NCBI GenBank assembly: GCA_043718025.1
Contig: JAYSWN010000139.1
Coordinates: 1-57,395, forward strand
Direction: 5' to 3'
Origin: Pseudomonadota bacterium
GTDB lineage: Bacteria > Bdellovibrionota > FAC87 > UBA2466
Length of the DNA: 57,395 nucleotides
Shown: piece after piece, positions 1 through 9,559 of the stretch
Layout of the letters: the number at the start of each line of letters is the position of its first letter
How positions within the stretch are numbered: the first letter of the stretch is position 1
The notes under the pieces: model-generated
What the model was told of the DNA's origin: nothing
Databases searched by the model: none
Seen by the model: only the letters and a program-made list of their open reading frames with translations
Program-made: the position numbers and the translations under genes

Positions 1-59
1 AATCATCCACATTCGGGCTTGCAAATGAAGTCGCCTCTGGAGTACCGAGAGGCATTAAC

Positions 60-377
60 TTAACCCAAGAAGTGTTCGTCTAAACGGGGACAACTCCACT
101 GCAAGGTAGCAGTAGGTCTTTGCCGAAGATCGTCTTTGCCGAACTTTTCATATTGGAAGGCCAAGAGCAGGACCTTAATCAAGGCCTCCTTATTACGAAC
201 GGTATCCGCGTTGGCGGTGAGCGCATCGATCGCCTTAATCTGGGCGGCTTCGCCTTTCTTATCCAACGCTCTTTTTAGATCAGCTGCCGTGAGGGGCCCA
301 GAGTAAGCTTGCGGACTGAGTGCCGTGGCGCCAAGCAGGAGAGCGACGAGAAACGAGGTCAGACGCTTAGTGCTCAT
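60..377 (-). CDS. Secreted hypothetical protein, possibly frameshifted/truncated (helical, HEAT-like N-terminus)
   Basis: Signal-peptide-like start (MSTKRLTSFLVALLLGATALSPQAYS) followed by amphipathic helices. The C-terminus looks out of frame. Confidence 0.45.
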   Translation of the reverse strand: MSTKRLTSFLVALLLGATALSPQAYSGPLTAADLKRALDKKGEAAQIKAIDALTANADTVRNKEALIKVLLLAFQYEKFGKDDLRQRPTATLQWSCPRLDEHFLG

Positions 378-750
378 AGGGTTTCCAATGAATTATTGAG
401 TGTTTTTATATAGTTTATCAGCACAAAGCTAGGACAGCCATCCCACCCCTAAACCTATGAGTGGGGTGGCCGAAGGCGGTTATGAGCAATAGCGGGAGGC
501 AAATTTTTGCTGCAATCGCCTATTTGATGGCGAGGTATCGGCGTGCAGCTCATGGAGACCCTCTTCGGACCCCATCCGCGGGTCACGGGTGAGGGGCTTA
601 GCCATTTTTGGGAATTCCGATTGCAAAAATGTTCCCAGCGTTTTCTGGATTCGTGAAAATAGTCCGTCCTCCTTCCATGTCCTTGGGATTAACCCCCAAA
701 TGGTTCCGCCGCGCGGTTGAAACTATTCCTACAACCATTACGCTTTACTC

Positions 751-2157
751 ATGAGCCATCCTGAGTTCCGCGTCTGGTTGATTTTCGCTTTGCTTTCATT
801 GGCCGCCCGGGCGGAAACCAATCCCCCGGACGTTAAGAAGCCACACACCGGGGACAAGCCACCCAATCCACGCAGCTCCCTGTCCTCAAAAGTCGTCCCT
901 ATTCCCGAAGCGTGGAAGAACAATCCGGATTTCGGCGTCGTGTATGAGGTGACCGGCAACGTGGCCGGGCTCAAGATCGGAGGCCGCGTTATTCTCTCCC
1001 GGCGAAGCATGGACGACATTCTCCTGCGGGACGAGACAGACCGGAGTATCGGAATTTGTAGGTTGGGCGACAAGAATCAAGACGACGGGGGGATTTGCGA
1101 TACGCAAGTGCCCTATGCCGCGCTAAAGGAGCTCCTCAAACCAACGACGGAAGCGGCTCCGATGGCCCACTGGGAAAAATGGCACGCCGATCATCTCGAC
1201 CCCATGATTCCCAACGTGAAGCCGAACTTTTATTACCACTCGACCTTTCCGTTAAACGTTCATCCGGCAAGTGGCCCCATCGAACAAAGGCCCAATCTCA
1301 TCTTGAGCGGTGCCAGCTTCCGCGTTATCTCGCCTTCGCCCCACTGTAAGCCGGACGAGCTGACCATTCGCCTGAGCGAGGAAACGGCGGGTAGCAGTTA
1401 CCTCGCGAAAAGACGGGCGGCCCACCCTGAGGTCATTATGGCGGGCCCCTGGTACGGCGACGACTATTGCCTTTCCGTGCGCCGCTTTGTGCTCAACGCG
1501 GCTCAGGAGAACCACGAAGTAGATCCTAAGGCGAAGGATATCCTTCCCTGGGAAGACGTCTCCCGTCTTTACTCCGCGCATTTGCCCGGCGCCGTGGCGA
1601 GCCCCACCAATGACAAAGCTATTCCCGTAGATCCCTTTTCCGAAGCGGACCGTAAAAGGGGCCGCAGCGGCCCCACGATTAAGCTCAAGCAGATTACGAC
1701 GATTCCGGAGACGGATCGACAGGGGCTTGCCGACGATACGTGGGTAGCGGACTACGGTGGACCGCTCTATTACGCCTGTGCGGGCGGATCGTGCCGAATG
1801 CAGGGATACCAGGTAGCGCTTGGCCCCGACGGAAAGATCCTCAAGGTACTGAAGAACCATCTTTACTACTGGGACGGCCACGCGGAATTGCCTCTCGATC
1901 CCAAGGATTGGGAACGGCTCCTGAAGGTAGCCAATGACAAGGACCAGCTCCGCCAAGTTTACGATTGGGCCAAGGGAAAACAGGGGCCCGCTTTCACGGC
2001 CGAAATGAGTCGGCTGGCCCAGATGGGGGCACCCCGGCAGGCGGGGAATTCGTTCGGCACTTTCCTGCTTCACCTTTCGAAGATCCGGGAGAAAGAACCG
2101 TTCAAAGCAAACGGATGGCCCACTTACGACGGCCCAGCGCCGGGGGGAGATAAATAA
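751..2157 (+). CDS. Secreted hypothetical protein (468 aa) with a CAGGSC motif in the C-terminal part
   Basis: Long ORF, signal peptide ending ARA, GC-rich codon usage, TAATG overlap with the next gene. Confidence 0.75.
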   Translation: MSHPEFRVWLIFALLSLAARAETNPPDVKKPHTGDKPPNPRSSLSSKVVPIPEAWKNNPDFGVVYEVTGNVAGLKIGGRVILSRRSMDDILLRDETDRSIGICRLGDKNQDDGGICDTQVPYAALKELLKPTTEAAPMAHWEKWHADHLDPMIPNVKPNFYYHSTFPLNVHPASGPIEQRPNLILSGASFRVISPSPHCKPDELTIRLSEETAGSSYLAKRRAAHPEVIMAGPWYGDDYCLSVRRFVLNAAQENHEVDPKAKDILPWEDVSRLYSAHLPGAVASPTNDKAIPVDPFSEADRKRGRSGPTIKLKQITTIPETDRQGLADDTWVADYGGPLYYACAGGSCRMQGYQVALGPDGKILKVLKNHLYYWDGHAELPLDPKDWERLLKVANDKDQLRQVYDWAKGKQGPAFTAEMSRLAQMGAPRQAGNSFGTFLLHLSKIREKEPFKANGWPTYDGPAPGGDK

Positions 2158-3014
2158 TGAAGCGACGACTAGGAGTCCTTTTTGGGCTGGCGGTGGTGAG
2201 CCCATTTTTATTTGGGGCGCTTCCCCAAGGGAACGAAACGATCTTTGGCGTGTCGGTCACCTGGCAGGCGGAGCAATCGGAAAAAAGCGAGGCGATCCGC
2301 CAGACACTCACCCAATTGGCGAAGGAAGGGAAAGAGTTCCTCGATCCGGATTGCCGGTGGCGAAAGCCCGGACAAAAGGGACGGTGCGAAAACCGTTTTC
2401 GAGAGCGAACCCGGGAACTCGATCAGCTCGCGGCGAAATTTCGTGAGGAAACGCTCGGCTATTTCGACGTGGGACACGACGCCCGCACCGTGGGGAAGCG
2501 AGACTTCGGCGGCCTCTGGGAAGGGTTTGCCTTGGATAAGCTCCGGAAAGAGATCACCGGTTCGTGGCTCGTGGATGTCGCGGGAGATATCTTGGTCACA
2601 TCCCCTTTTTCCTCCCACCTTCCGATCGTGATCACCGATGCCGTTTTCGACGAGGTCCACTACGCCTCCGTGAAGATGGAGCGGGGAATCGTGGCGACCT
2701 CCGTCTCCAAGCGCTTAGGCGGCCTAGTCCGCGTTCCCGATGCCCTTGGCGAATCGGGCGAGGCAGCTGCTTCGGGGGAAATCCTCAAGATCGTTCTTTT
2801 CGCGTCTCCCGAACTTTCCGGAGCTAGGGCGCACGCCTGGGCCACGGCGGCTATCGCGGGCGGAAAAAAGGTTCTCACGCACTTGAAATCGCTCGAGCCC
2901 TTTGCGGGCAAGTGGGCCTACTTCTACTTCCTCCCGGACGGCACTCCGGTTTGCTCTGAGCGGATCCGGTGCCAACTGATCGGGGCAAATCGTACGGTGG
3001 AAGTCGCCCTTTAA
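2157..3014 (+). CDS. Divergent ApbE/Ftp-like (FAD:protein FMN transferase fold) protein
   Basis: ApbE-like motifs in the expected order: ETLGYFDV, DFGGLWEGFALD, LVDVAGDI, IVATS, AHAWATA. Signal peptide present; HIIDP motif absent. Confidence 0.65.
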   Translation: MKRRLGVLFGLAVVSPFLFGALPQGNETIFGVSVTWQAEQSEKSEAIRQTLTQLAKEGKEFLDPDCRWRKPGQKGRCENRFRERTRELDQLAAKFREETLGYFDVGHDARTVGKRDFGGLWEGFALDKLRKEITGSWLVDVAGDILVTSPFSSHLPIVITDAVFDEVHYASVKMERGIVATSVSKRLGGLVRVPDALGESGEAAASGEILKIVLFASPELSGARAHAWATAAIAGGKKVLTHLKSLEPFAGKWAYFYFLPDGTPVCSERIRCQLIGANRTVEVAL

Positions 3015-3069
3015 TTGTGGCCAACGGCCACGGTTTGAGTGAATCCCGTGAGAGAAGAACCAGGAGCGA

Positions 3070-3131
3070 TATCTTGGGGGGTTATCCCGCCTATCCTTTG
3101 TGATGGCAGCCGTGATGATCAGTTTTTCCAT
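3070..3131 (-). pseudogene. Possible 5' remnant of a beta-keto acid cleavage enzyme (Kce/BKACE) gene
   Basis: MEKLIITAAIT..R.DNP resembles the Kce N-terminus as recalled; the reading frame then loses similarity. Confidence 0.35.
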
Positions 3132-3195
3132 GATCGCTATACTTGCAGCTGACTTAGAGACTTCGCTACTAGCGAGCGGAATCTTGGATTCAAAG

Positions 3196-4398
3196 TCAGT
3201 TAGAGTAAGCTTTTAAATCATCGTATTGCTGAATGGTCAGATACTTTCCAGAAGGCGTATAGTGGCCCGCATAATGTTCACGAAATACAATTTTTGGAGT
3301 GGACCAAACTTGTTTGCCGGTACCAAGTGAGTAAGCGCTCATGCCATCCACAAAGGAATATATATAGTTGTCCGTTGCAAAAAAATCCGCATACCAATTC
3401 AACCGAGGACGCGGGATAAAGGGCTGTGAGAAATCATATTTATTGGAAATGAGATCGAAAGACCCCAGCTGGTAATTATCGAATTCGGCTAAGATAGAAT
3501 TACCTATAGTCACGTGGCGATGAATTACGTTATTGGGAAAGAGCGATGCATCCAAAAAACGACCTGTTTTTTTATCAACTAAAATTATGCCCTTTCTACT
3601 TTTGCTCACCACAATAAAGTTTTTGGCCGCACTCACGCGGAACGGTTGATCCATGGGGTCCGAAACCCAAATCAAAGATCCCGTCGCTCGCGAAAGGGCG
3701 TATATATTTATGATCCGTCCTTCGCTCGAAGAACTCCCCGTGTATGAAGTAAAACTAGCTAAATATAAGTTGTTATCGTCCGCTATGAAATCGAGGCCAA
3801 GAATGCTCTGGAGCCCTTCGCTTTTCCATAACACTTTTTCTGTGTTTAGATCGAGGGCGTATACAAAACTCTTTCGGGGTTTGCCGGAATTCACTTCGAC
3901 AAACAAAGTGCTATCAATCCTTAAAACGTTGTTGATGAATTGGTTTTTGAACAGAGTCTTAAGTGGTTTTCCTGTCTTTTGATCGAAAACATAAAGCCCA
4001 GAGGGCTGAAGATGTTGGTAACCTTTTTCAGTATTTCTGCCAAGGTAGCCTTTATCGCCATAAAAAGAGGGAGGATCGACCGTGTAGTTATTACCAAAAA
4101 TATGGTTCACGCTTTTTGACTTCCAAATAAATTTCCCCGTAGCGAGTTCGTGCTGCGAGATATCGCCAAAGGAATTGCTCAAGTAAAGATGCTCTTTATT
4201 GACCACTGCAGGAAGTGGATAGCCGCGGGGCTTGATCTTAATTGACCATTTATTTTTTGGCGGCTGAACCATGTCTTCCGCTGCAAATTTACCGGTGCCC
4301 TCTTTGTCGCCAAAGACGTCCCCATTGCCCATCGCGACGAGCGAGATACCAAGCAGAGCCCAAATGACGCTGATCTTAAAAGCGTTAAAACAGATCAT
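3196..4398 (-). CDS. Secreted PQQ-like/BamB-type beta-propeller protein
   Basis: Repeated A(L/Y)xxxTGxxxW blades (ELATGKFIW, ALDLNTEKVLW, ALSRATGSLIW, SLGTGKQVW), signal peptide, AT-rich DNA. Confidence 0.8.
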   Translation of the reverse strand: MICFNAFKISVIWALLGISLVAMGNGDVFGDKEGTGKFAAEDMVQPPKNKWSIKIKPRGYPLPAVVNKEHLYLSNSFGDISQHELATGKFIWKSKSVNHIFGNNYTVDPPSFYGDKGYLGRNTEKGYQHLQPSGLYVFDQKTGKPLKTLFKNQFINNVLRIDSTLFVEVNSGKPRKSFVYALDLNTEKVLWKSEGLQSILGLDFIADDNNLYLASFTSYTGSSSSEGRIINIYALSRATGSLIWVSDPMDQPFRVSAAKNFIVVSKSRKGIILVDKKTGRFLDASLFPNNVIHRHVTIGNSILAEFDNYQLGSFDLISNKYDFSQPFIPRPRLNWYADFFATDNYIYSFVDGMSAYSLGTGKQVWSTPKIVFREHYAGHYTPSGKYLTIQQYDDLKAYSN

Positions 4399-4805
4399 GA
4401 AGTAGTTCCTCTAATAAGTTGCATTAGGCGGTTCTATTTTAAATGAAGCCGAGAAAGTAAAACGAGCTGGCTAATTAATTCGGTGGAATTTTATCTGATT
4501 ACGGAAATGAGCGGTGTACCATTAAGTGTGATTGCAATAAATCGTGGACAAGAAAGTCCACGGTCACCAAGAGCTTCGCGAATTGGAGACTTTGTAATTT
4601 GGAAGCTGGTAGTTACGTCGAAAAATGGTATCCGTTACATATCAAGGAAATATATTTCGTATCCGCTATCCGAACGGTTGAAAACCAGGGAGGGTCGGAA
4701 GGTTTACACTCTCGCCCCACGTCTTTCCTTATTATGTAACGGATACCTTTTTTGAACTAAATTTATAGGGATTAGACGGCTGGTCGGAAATACCTTTTAT
4801 AATGC

Positions 4806-5303
4806 CTACCCATGCAGTGGCTTTAGGCGCATGACGGTAACCGCGCGATAGCCGCGACGTCGAAAAAAACGCTGCGCCTTTCGGTTGGCGGCTCCATTTT
4901 CGAGTGAGAGGTGGGAGATGCCTTGCTGACGAAGCGCCGCTTCGATCCAAGCGAGCACCTTAGATCCGATGCCGGCATTGTTTCCTTGGCGCTGCACCAC
5001 CAAGTCTTCGAGCGTGGCATAAGCAAAGCGGGCCGAAATCGGGAACTGGATGATGGCGAAGGCGCAAAGGCGGTTTTCGCGCCAACCAGTGACCATTCGT
5101 TTTGGCCCCTTGCCGCCCAAGGCGCCATGAATCTCAGTTTCTAAAAGAGCGACGATCTGCTCGCTCCACTGGCCATTCACGGTGGCACGGCCATTCAGAT
5201 ATTCACCCCAGGAGATATATTCATCATCGGTGTTAGCAATAAAGAAGGTGGCAAGTTCGCCGGCTAATCGGAGGTTGGTTTCCCAACGAATTTCTACTGG
5301 CAT
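4806..5303 (-). CDS. GNAT family N-acetyltransferase
   Basis: LEDLVV...NAGIGSKVL and NRKAQRFFRRRGY motifs. Confidence 0.8.
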   Translation of the reverse strand: MPVEIRWETNLRLAGELATFFIANTDDEYISWGEYLNGRATVNGQWSEQIVALLETEIHGALGGKGPKRMVTGWRENRLCAFAIIQFPISARFAYATLEDLVVQRQGNNAGIGSKVLAWIEAALRQQGISHLSLENGAANRKAQRFFRRRGYRAVTVMRLKPLHG

Positions 5304-5347
5304 TGAGAACTCGTTTGCGTGGCTCTTTCCATGGGGAAGAACTGAAC

Positions 5348-5433
5348 TGGCGGAGGGAGGGAGACTTGAACTCCCAAGGGCTTACGCCCGCCGCATTTCG
5401 AGTGCGGTGGCATACCAATTTGCCTATCCCTCC
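5348..5433 (-). tRNA. tRNA-Ser(CGA)
   Basis: Minus strand: GGAGGGA/TCCCTCC acceptor stem, anticodon arm CCGCA-CTCGAAA-TGCGG, long variable arm GGGC-GTAA-GCCC, GGGAG-TTCAAGT-CTCCC T arm, discriminator G, encoded CCA. Confidence 0.95.
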
Positions 5434-5513
5434 GTAGCAGAAGAGGGCGAGTATGTTTGGGTGCGTCGCAATTGTAAAGTAGAGAGTCAGCGCCAATTGC
5501 AGGCTATAACTCT

Positions 5514-6668
5514 TTAAAATGATAGGCCGATGCTGGTGGCCACGCCTGAATTGGCCGCCGCTTCAAGAACCGGGCTTTCGGCCATAGAGTCGTGCTCGAC
5601 CGCGAACGAAAATGCCTCTTGCGCCGAAACCTTTCCATTCTTGTTGGTGTCGGCCGATACTGATTTTCCGTCGTGAGTCTGGTGCGCGAAAGCCGACGTC
5701 ACGTGGTACAAAAACTCGTCGAATCGTAGATCGGGGGTCGACCAGCTAAACTCACGGTTGGTCGAGGCGGCCATGGCTACGGTTTCATCGTCGGCCATCG
5801 GGCGCACGAAACCGCCACCAAAACATTGTTCGAAGATGGCGATAATGCGTTTGGTAGGTAACCCTTTCACCATGCCGGCAAACTCCGACGCTTTGATCTC
5901 ACCGTCGAACAAAACCATCGTGGTTTCGTTTTCTTTAATACTGCCGTGATCATTAACCACGATTAAAAGCTGGTCTTCAGGTTTAAGCTTCTCTTTAAGT
6001 GAGGTGAATAGATCTTTCACCGCATTCACGGTTGAGGCGTAAGCGATTCGGTTTTTTCCGCTGCCATCTAAATCACCTTTGGCCTCTTTATTGGTGCTGT
6101 CGGCGACGTGGATGTTTTCGGGAAGGTAGCCATAAACGCTCAATAGCGTTCGGTACAAAAAGGCAAAGTCATTCCAGTGCCGTTGGTTGGGATTGCCGTT
6201 GATCATGAGGGCATGAAATTTGCCCGGATTTTCGACTTTGTATTTTCCTTTATGATCCACCAGCGCAAACTTCACCTCCAACGGGTCGGTTTCAGAATCT
6301 TCAGGCTCGGACGCTACGGTTGCCTTGGTGGGCGATTTCTTTTTTAGTTGTCCTAAACCGCGCGGAGGCGATTGTAAGGCGCGTCGCAGCAATTCTTTTC
6401 CTTGATGCAGCACGCTAATAATGGCGGGGTGGCCCCAGTTGGCGCCGGGCATTAAGTCTTCGAAAATGACTTTGCTTCCTGGGGTGCTGGCGGCGGCGAG
6501 AGGAATAATCTCCCCTCCTTCAAGCTCGACGCCAGGGCTGCCGTCGAGCGAGTGGGTCTGCACCAAGGCGGTGATGTCAGTCACCTGGGCTTTCGGTTTC
6601 GTTCTGGCCTCGGCTGCGCCTAGAACGAAGAAGAAAAAGACAAGCGAGACAAAACCTCGTTGCATCAT
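5514..6668 (-). CDS. Secreted clan CD cysteine peptidase (C13 legumain/caspase-like)
   Basis: Signal peptide, catalytic-dyad motifs NDHGS and EQCFGGGF, AAST..EFSW and an EF-hand-like DTNKNGKVS. Confidence 0.75.
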   Translation of the reverse strand: MMQRGFVSLVFFFFVLGAAEARTKPKAQVTDITALVQTHSLDGSPGVELEGGEIIPLAAASTPGSKVIFEDLMPGANWGHPAIISVLHQGKELLRRALQSPPRGLGQLKKKSPTKATVASEPEDSETDPLEVKFALVDHKGKYKVENPGKFHALMINGNPNQRHWNDFAFLYRTLLSVYGYLPENIHVADSTNKEAKGDLDGSGKNRIAYASTVNAVKDLFTSLKEKLKPEDQLLIVVNDHGSIKENETTMVLFDGEIKASEFAGMVKGLPTKRIIAIFEQCFGGGFVRPMADDETVAMAASTNREFSWSTPDLRFDEFLYHVTSAFAHQTHDGKSVSADTNKNGKVSAQEAFSFAVEHDSMAESPVLEAAANSGVATSIGLSF

Positions 6669-6794
6669 GAATCCCCCCGAATCCAAATTTCACGTTAAGT
6701 AATGGCGCGGTAATGGTCTATCTGCCTGGTAACTACTCTGTAACATACGTTACCACTCGAACTATTTCAGAGGAGACGCTACACTTTATTTCTG

Positions 6795-8594
6795 GTGCAA
6801 AAACCCATCGTCATCATTCTCACCTCTCTCTTCTCGCTACTAAACTTTAGTTGCGCTTCAAAGTCGGTGTACCAGCCTACGTCGGTAGTTGCCACTTACC
6901 GCGACCGCCCGATGTCGCATCTTACCGGCGAAGAGGTGCAAGAACTCGAGCTGCTCGGCCAACGTCACGATCTCGACACGCTGCAGAAGCGCCGGCTTTG
7001 GGAGTTAACCGGCTACGAGATTCGCGGCATCAAAGCAAACACGCCGCGCTACCGCGAGAAGGTGGCGCTGCAAACTGCTCTGGCCGCCGAGCTGGTCGAC
7101 TTGGACTCTGAGCTTCGCAATGTAAAAGACGAAATCTTGGCGTGGAAAGACCCCTCGGCCACTCCTGAAGAAAAGCCGAGCGCCTCGTTTCGCAGCTCTA
7201 AACTTCGCCGCGAATACACCCAAGTCTTGAGCATTTGGAATAAAGATCATCTTGAAGAGGCGATGAAGAAAATTCAAATGGTGGTGGGTGACGAAAAGCT
7301 TATGGCCGACGCTACTCCCGAAGAGTGGACCAAGCTGCTAACGCTACGGTTTCGACTGGCGGTGGAGTTAGACCAGACCACCCTGGCGGTCGACTCTTAC
7401 CAGGGGATCAAAGCGCACGGAAAATGTACGCCCGATTCGGCCCAGGCCGCTTTTTTACTCTCCATCCATTACCTCGTGAAAAATGAGGGGGCCAAGGGGC
7501 TCGAAGTTTTAGAGTCACAATGTGATCCTGACGTCAGCCCCTATAACCGTATCCGACGGCTCTATTGGCAGGGCCGGCTCAAGGCTTCCACCGGCATTCC
7601 CCGAGCCCTAGCGTACAAAGAGTTATTGGCCACGCCGGTTCCCGGCTACTACCTCTACCTCGCCAAAGCGTGGATGAAAGAGCGGCTCGAGTTTCCGGTG
7701 GGCGCGTTTGGTCAGCCATCAGTTCTTAGGGCACCGCTCGAACTTCCTAGTCGAGTCGTGGAACTTATCGAAAAATCAAAAGAGCGGCTCGGCACCAATC
7801 TTAAGAAGGAGAGTTCGGTATTTTTGGTTAGAGCGTCGCAGTTACTTCGCGACCAACGTTCAAAAGAGTCGGTCGATGGCCTGTTATACGTTGCCCACCT
7901 GATGCAGGCGTCAGCCCAGCCGCTAGAAGCGATGCGCCTCTATGCGTTCGTTAGCCAAGAGCTGCAAGGGGAGAGCGCCACCTATAAAGGGGTGCCGCTT
8001 GATTTCTTAGCCGAGATGTTTCCTAAACCCTTCGCAACTGAGATTGAACTCAAATGCCAAGAGTGGGGCTTAGATCCCGATTACGTTTTTGCACTGATGC
8101 GGCAAGAAAGCGCTTTTAACGCGGGGGCCTTATCTAGCGCCGATGCCCGCGGCGTGTTGCAGATTCTCCCCTCCGTGGCGCGTGAAATTGCCCGTCAGAA
8201 AAGGTATCCCTACTTCCAAGATCGTTCGCTTTTTCACGTGAACGAAAACCTCAAGATGGCGCTCACGCACTTGGTGACCCTGAAGGCCAAAGTAGAGCAT
8301 CCTTTCTTTATTGCCGCCAGTTACAACGCCGGCTACGAGCGTTTTTCACGCTGGCGTCGACGTTACGGCAACTATCCGTTGGATGCCTTTGTCGAATTGA
8401 TTCCGGTGAATGAGACAAAAAACTACATCAAGCTCGTTACGCGCAATCTTTTGCATTATCGTGCCCAACGCAATGGTGGCTGGGTCGAACCCAATCTGTT
8501 TCCGCTCGAAGGGTTTAATGCCGGCCCAGTGGCTGGGGTCTCCAGAATTGAAAAGAGCGGGACCCTTCTCGCCGCCCCGCCCCTCAGTAACTAA
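6795..8594 (+). CDS. Soluble lytic transglycosylase (SLT domain) lipoprotein
   Basis: Lipobox-like FSC; MRQESAF, GVLQI, ASYNAG and ETKNY motifs. Confidence 0.9.
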   Translation: MQKPIVIILTSLFSLLNFSCASKSVYQPTSVVATYRDRPMSHLTGEEVQELELLGQRHDLDTLQKRRLWELTGYEIRGIKANTPRYREKVALQTALAAELVDLDSELRNVKDEILAWKDPSATPEEKPSASFRSSKLRREYTQVLSIWNKDHLEEAMKKIQMVVGDEKLMADATPEEWTKLLTLRFRLAVELDQTTLAVDSYQGIKAHGKCTPDSAQAAFLLSIHYLVKNEGAKGLEVLESQCDPDVSPYNRIRRLYWQGRLKASTGIPRALAYKELLATPVPGYYLYLAKAWMKERLEFPVGAFGQPSVLRAPLELPSRVVELIEKSKERLGTNLKKESSVFLVRASQLLRDQRSKESVDGLLYVAHLMQASAQPLEAMRLYAFVSQELQGESATYKGVPLDFLAEMFPKPFATEIELKCQEWGLDPDYVFALMRQESAFNAGALSSADARGVLQILPSVAREIARQKRYPYFQDRSLFHVNENLKMALTHLVTLKAKVEHPFFIAASYNAGYERFSRWRRRYGNYPLDAFVELIPVNETKNYIKLVTRNLLHYRAQRNGGWVEPNLFPLEGFNAGPVAGVSRIEKSGTLLAAPPLSN

Positions 8595-8748
8595 CGCGAC
8601 TTTAGTTTTCTAAATCGCCGTGTTCTTGATAAACCTCGATCCAACTTAATTTAGCGCCAATTCATCTTCGGCAGTCACGGTTCTCAAGCGAGCACGTTGA
8701 GTTTAACAAAACGTTTAGCTATAACTCTCCCTCTTCAAGGGAGAAAAC

Positions 8749-9330
8749 GTGCGTCGACTCTGTGTTTTTTGCGGATCCAATAAGGGAAAACAGCCGGCCT
8801 ATTCGGCGATGGCAAATGAGCTAGGGCGGTATCTGGCCGTTAGCCAAATCGCTTTGGTTTACGGTGGGGGCAACGTAGGCCTCATGGGTCTTATCGCCGA
8901 CGCCGTGATGAGCGCCGGTGGCGAGGCCATTGGAGTCATTCCCCAGCATTTGGCGGCTAAAGAATTGGCCCATGAAGGGCTCACCGAGTTACGCGTGGTA
9001 AATTCGATGCATGAGCGCAAAGCGCTCATGGCCGATTTGTCGGACGGGTTTATTGCGATGCCGGGCGGCTTTGGTACGTTCGAAGAGTTTTTTGAGATCG
9101 TGACGTGGTTGCAACTAGGTTTGCATAAAAAGCCGTGCGGTTTACTCAACGTAAAAGGTTTTTATGATCCGCTGTTGGCGCTCGTAACCAGGGCCACCGA
9201 GGAAGGCTTTATCCGCACCGAACAATCAAAATTGGTACTTTCTTCAGAGTCTCCGCCAGATTTGATTACCCAAATGAAGCAGTGGACCCCACCCCTTTTC
9301 GAAAAGTGGATCGACAAAAACACCAGATAA
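8749..9330 (+). CDS. LOG family nucleotide phosphoribohydrolase (TIGR00730)
   Basis: CVFCGS, LVYGGG..GLMG, MHERK and PGGFGTFEE motifs. Confidence 0.95.
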   Translation: MRRLCVFCGSNKGKQPAYSAMANELGRYLAVSQIALVYGGGNVGLMGLIADAVMSAGGEAIGVIPQHLAAKELAHEGLTELRVVNSMHERKALMADLSDGFIAMPGGFGTFEEFFEIVTWLQLGLHKKPCGLLNVKGFYDPLLALVTRATEEGFIRTEQSKLVLSSESPPDLITQMKQWTPPLFEKWIDKNTR

Positions 9331-9474
9331 TTGCGATCGGCGCATTCCGTCAGTCGACGGTCAGCGGCACCGCGGTGACGTGAATTGTCACCCCGAATGC
9401 GGTTTGCTAGCCAATCTTCAGACGTAGACCAATAGAAAACATAGACTTAATCAGCCCTTGTTTACGGCCGGCGC

Positions 9475-9490
9475 TGGCACCCCTCTTGCT
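9475..9490 (+). promoter_or_regulatory. Sigma-54 (-24/-12) promoter of the S8 protease
   Basis: TGGCAC-CCCTC-TTGCT with exact GG-N10-GC spacing, about 70 nt upstream of ATG 9560. Confidence 0.7.
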
Positions 9491-9559
9491 CAAGTAAATG
9501 GCGTCGCGGTTCCGCCTCAACGGCTTCCGCGAAGGTTCATGTTCAAGCGGGAGTTGTGG

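Noticed and set aside
1252..2205. Long antisense ORF (317 aa) and similar shadows such as 25793-26464, 44254-44856 and 49443-50003
   Set aside because: They lie opposite better-supported genes and show no motifs; expected from codon bias.
4685..4722. Possible att-site copy of the tRNA 3' end
   Set aside because: Only a short GGGAGGG match, which is not significant.
4483..4755. 90-aa ORF in AT-rich DNA
   Set aside because: No recognisable motif or RBS; may be non-coding or decayed.
5182..5517. ORFs spanning the tRNA (5182-5517 + and 5233-5496 -)
   Set aside because: Shadow ORFs over a clear tRNA-Ser.
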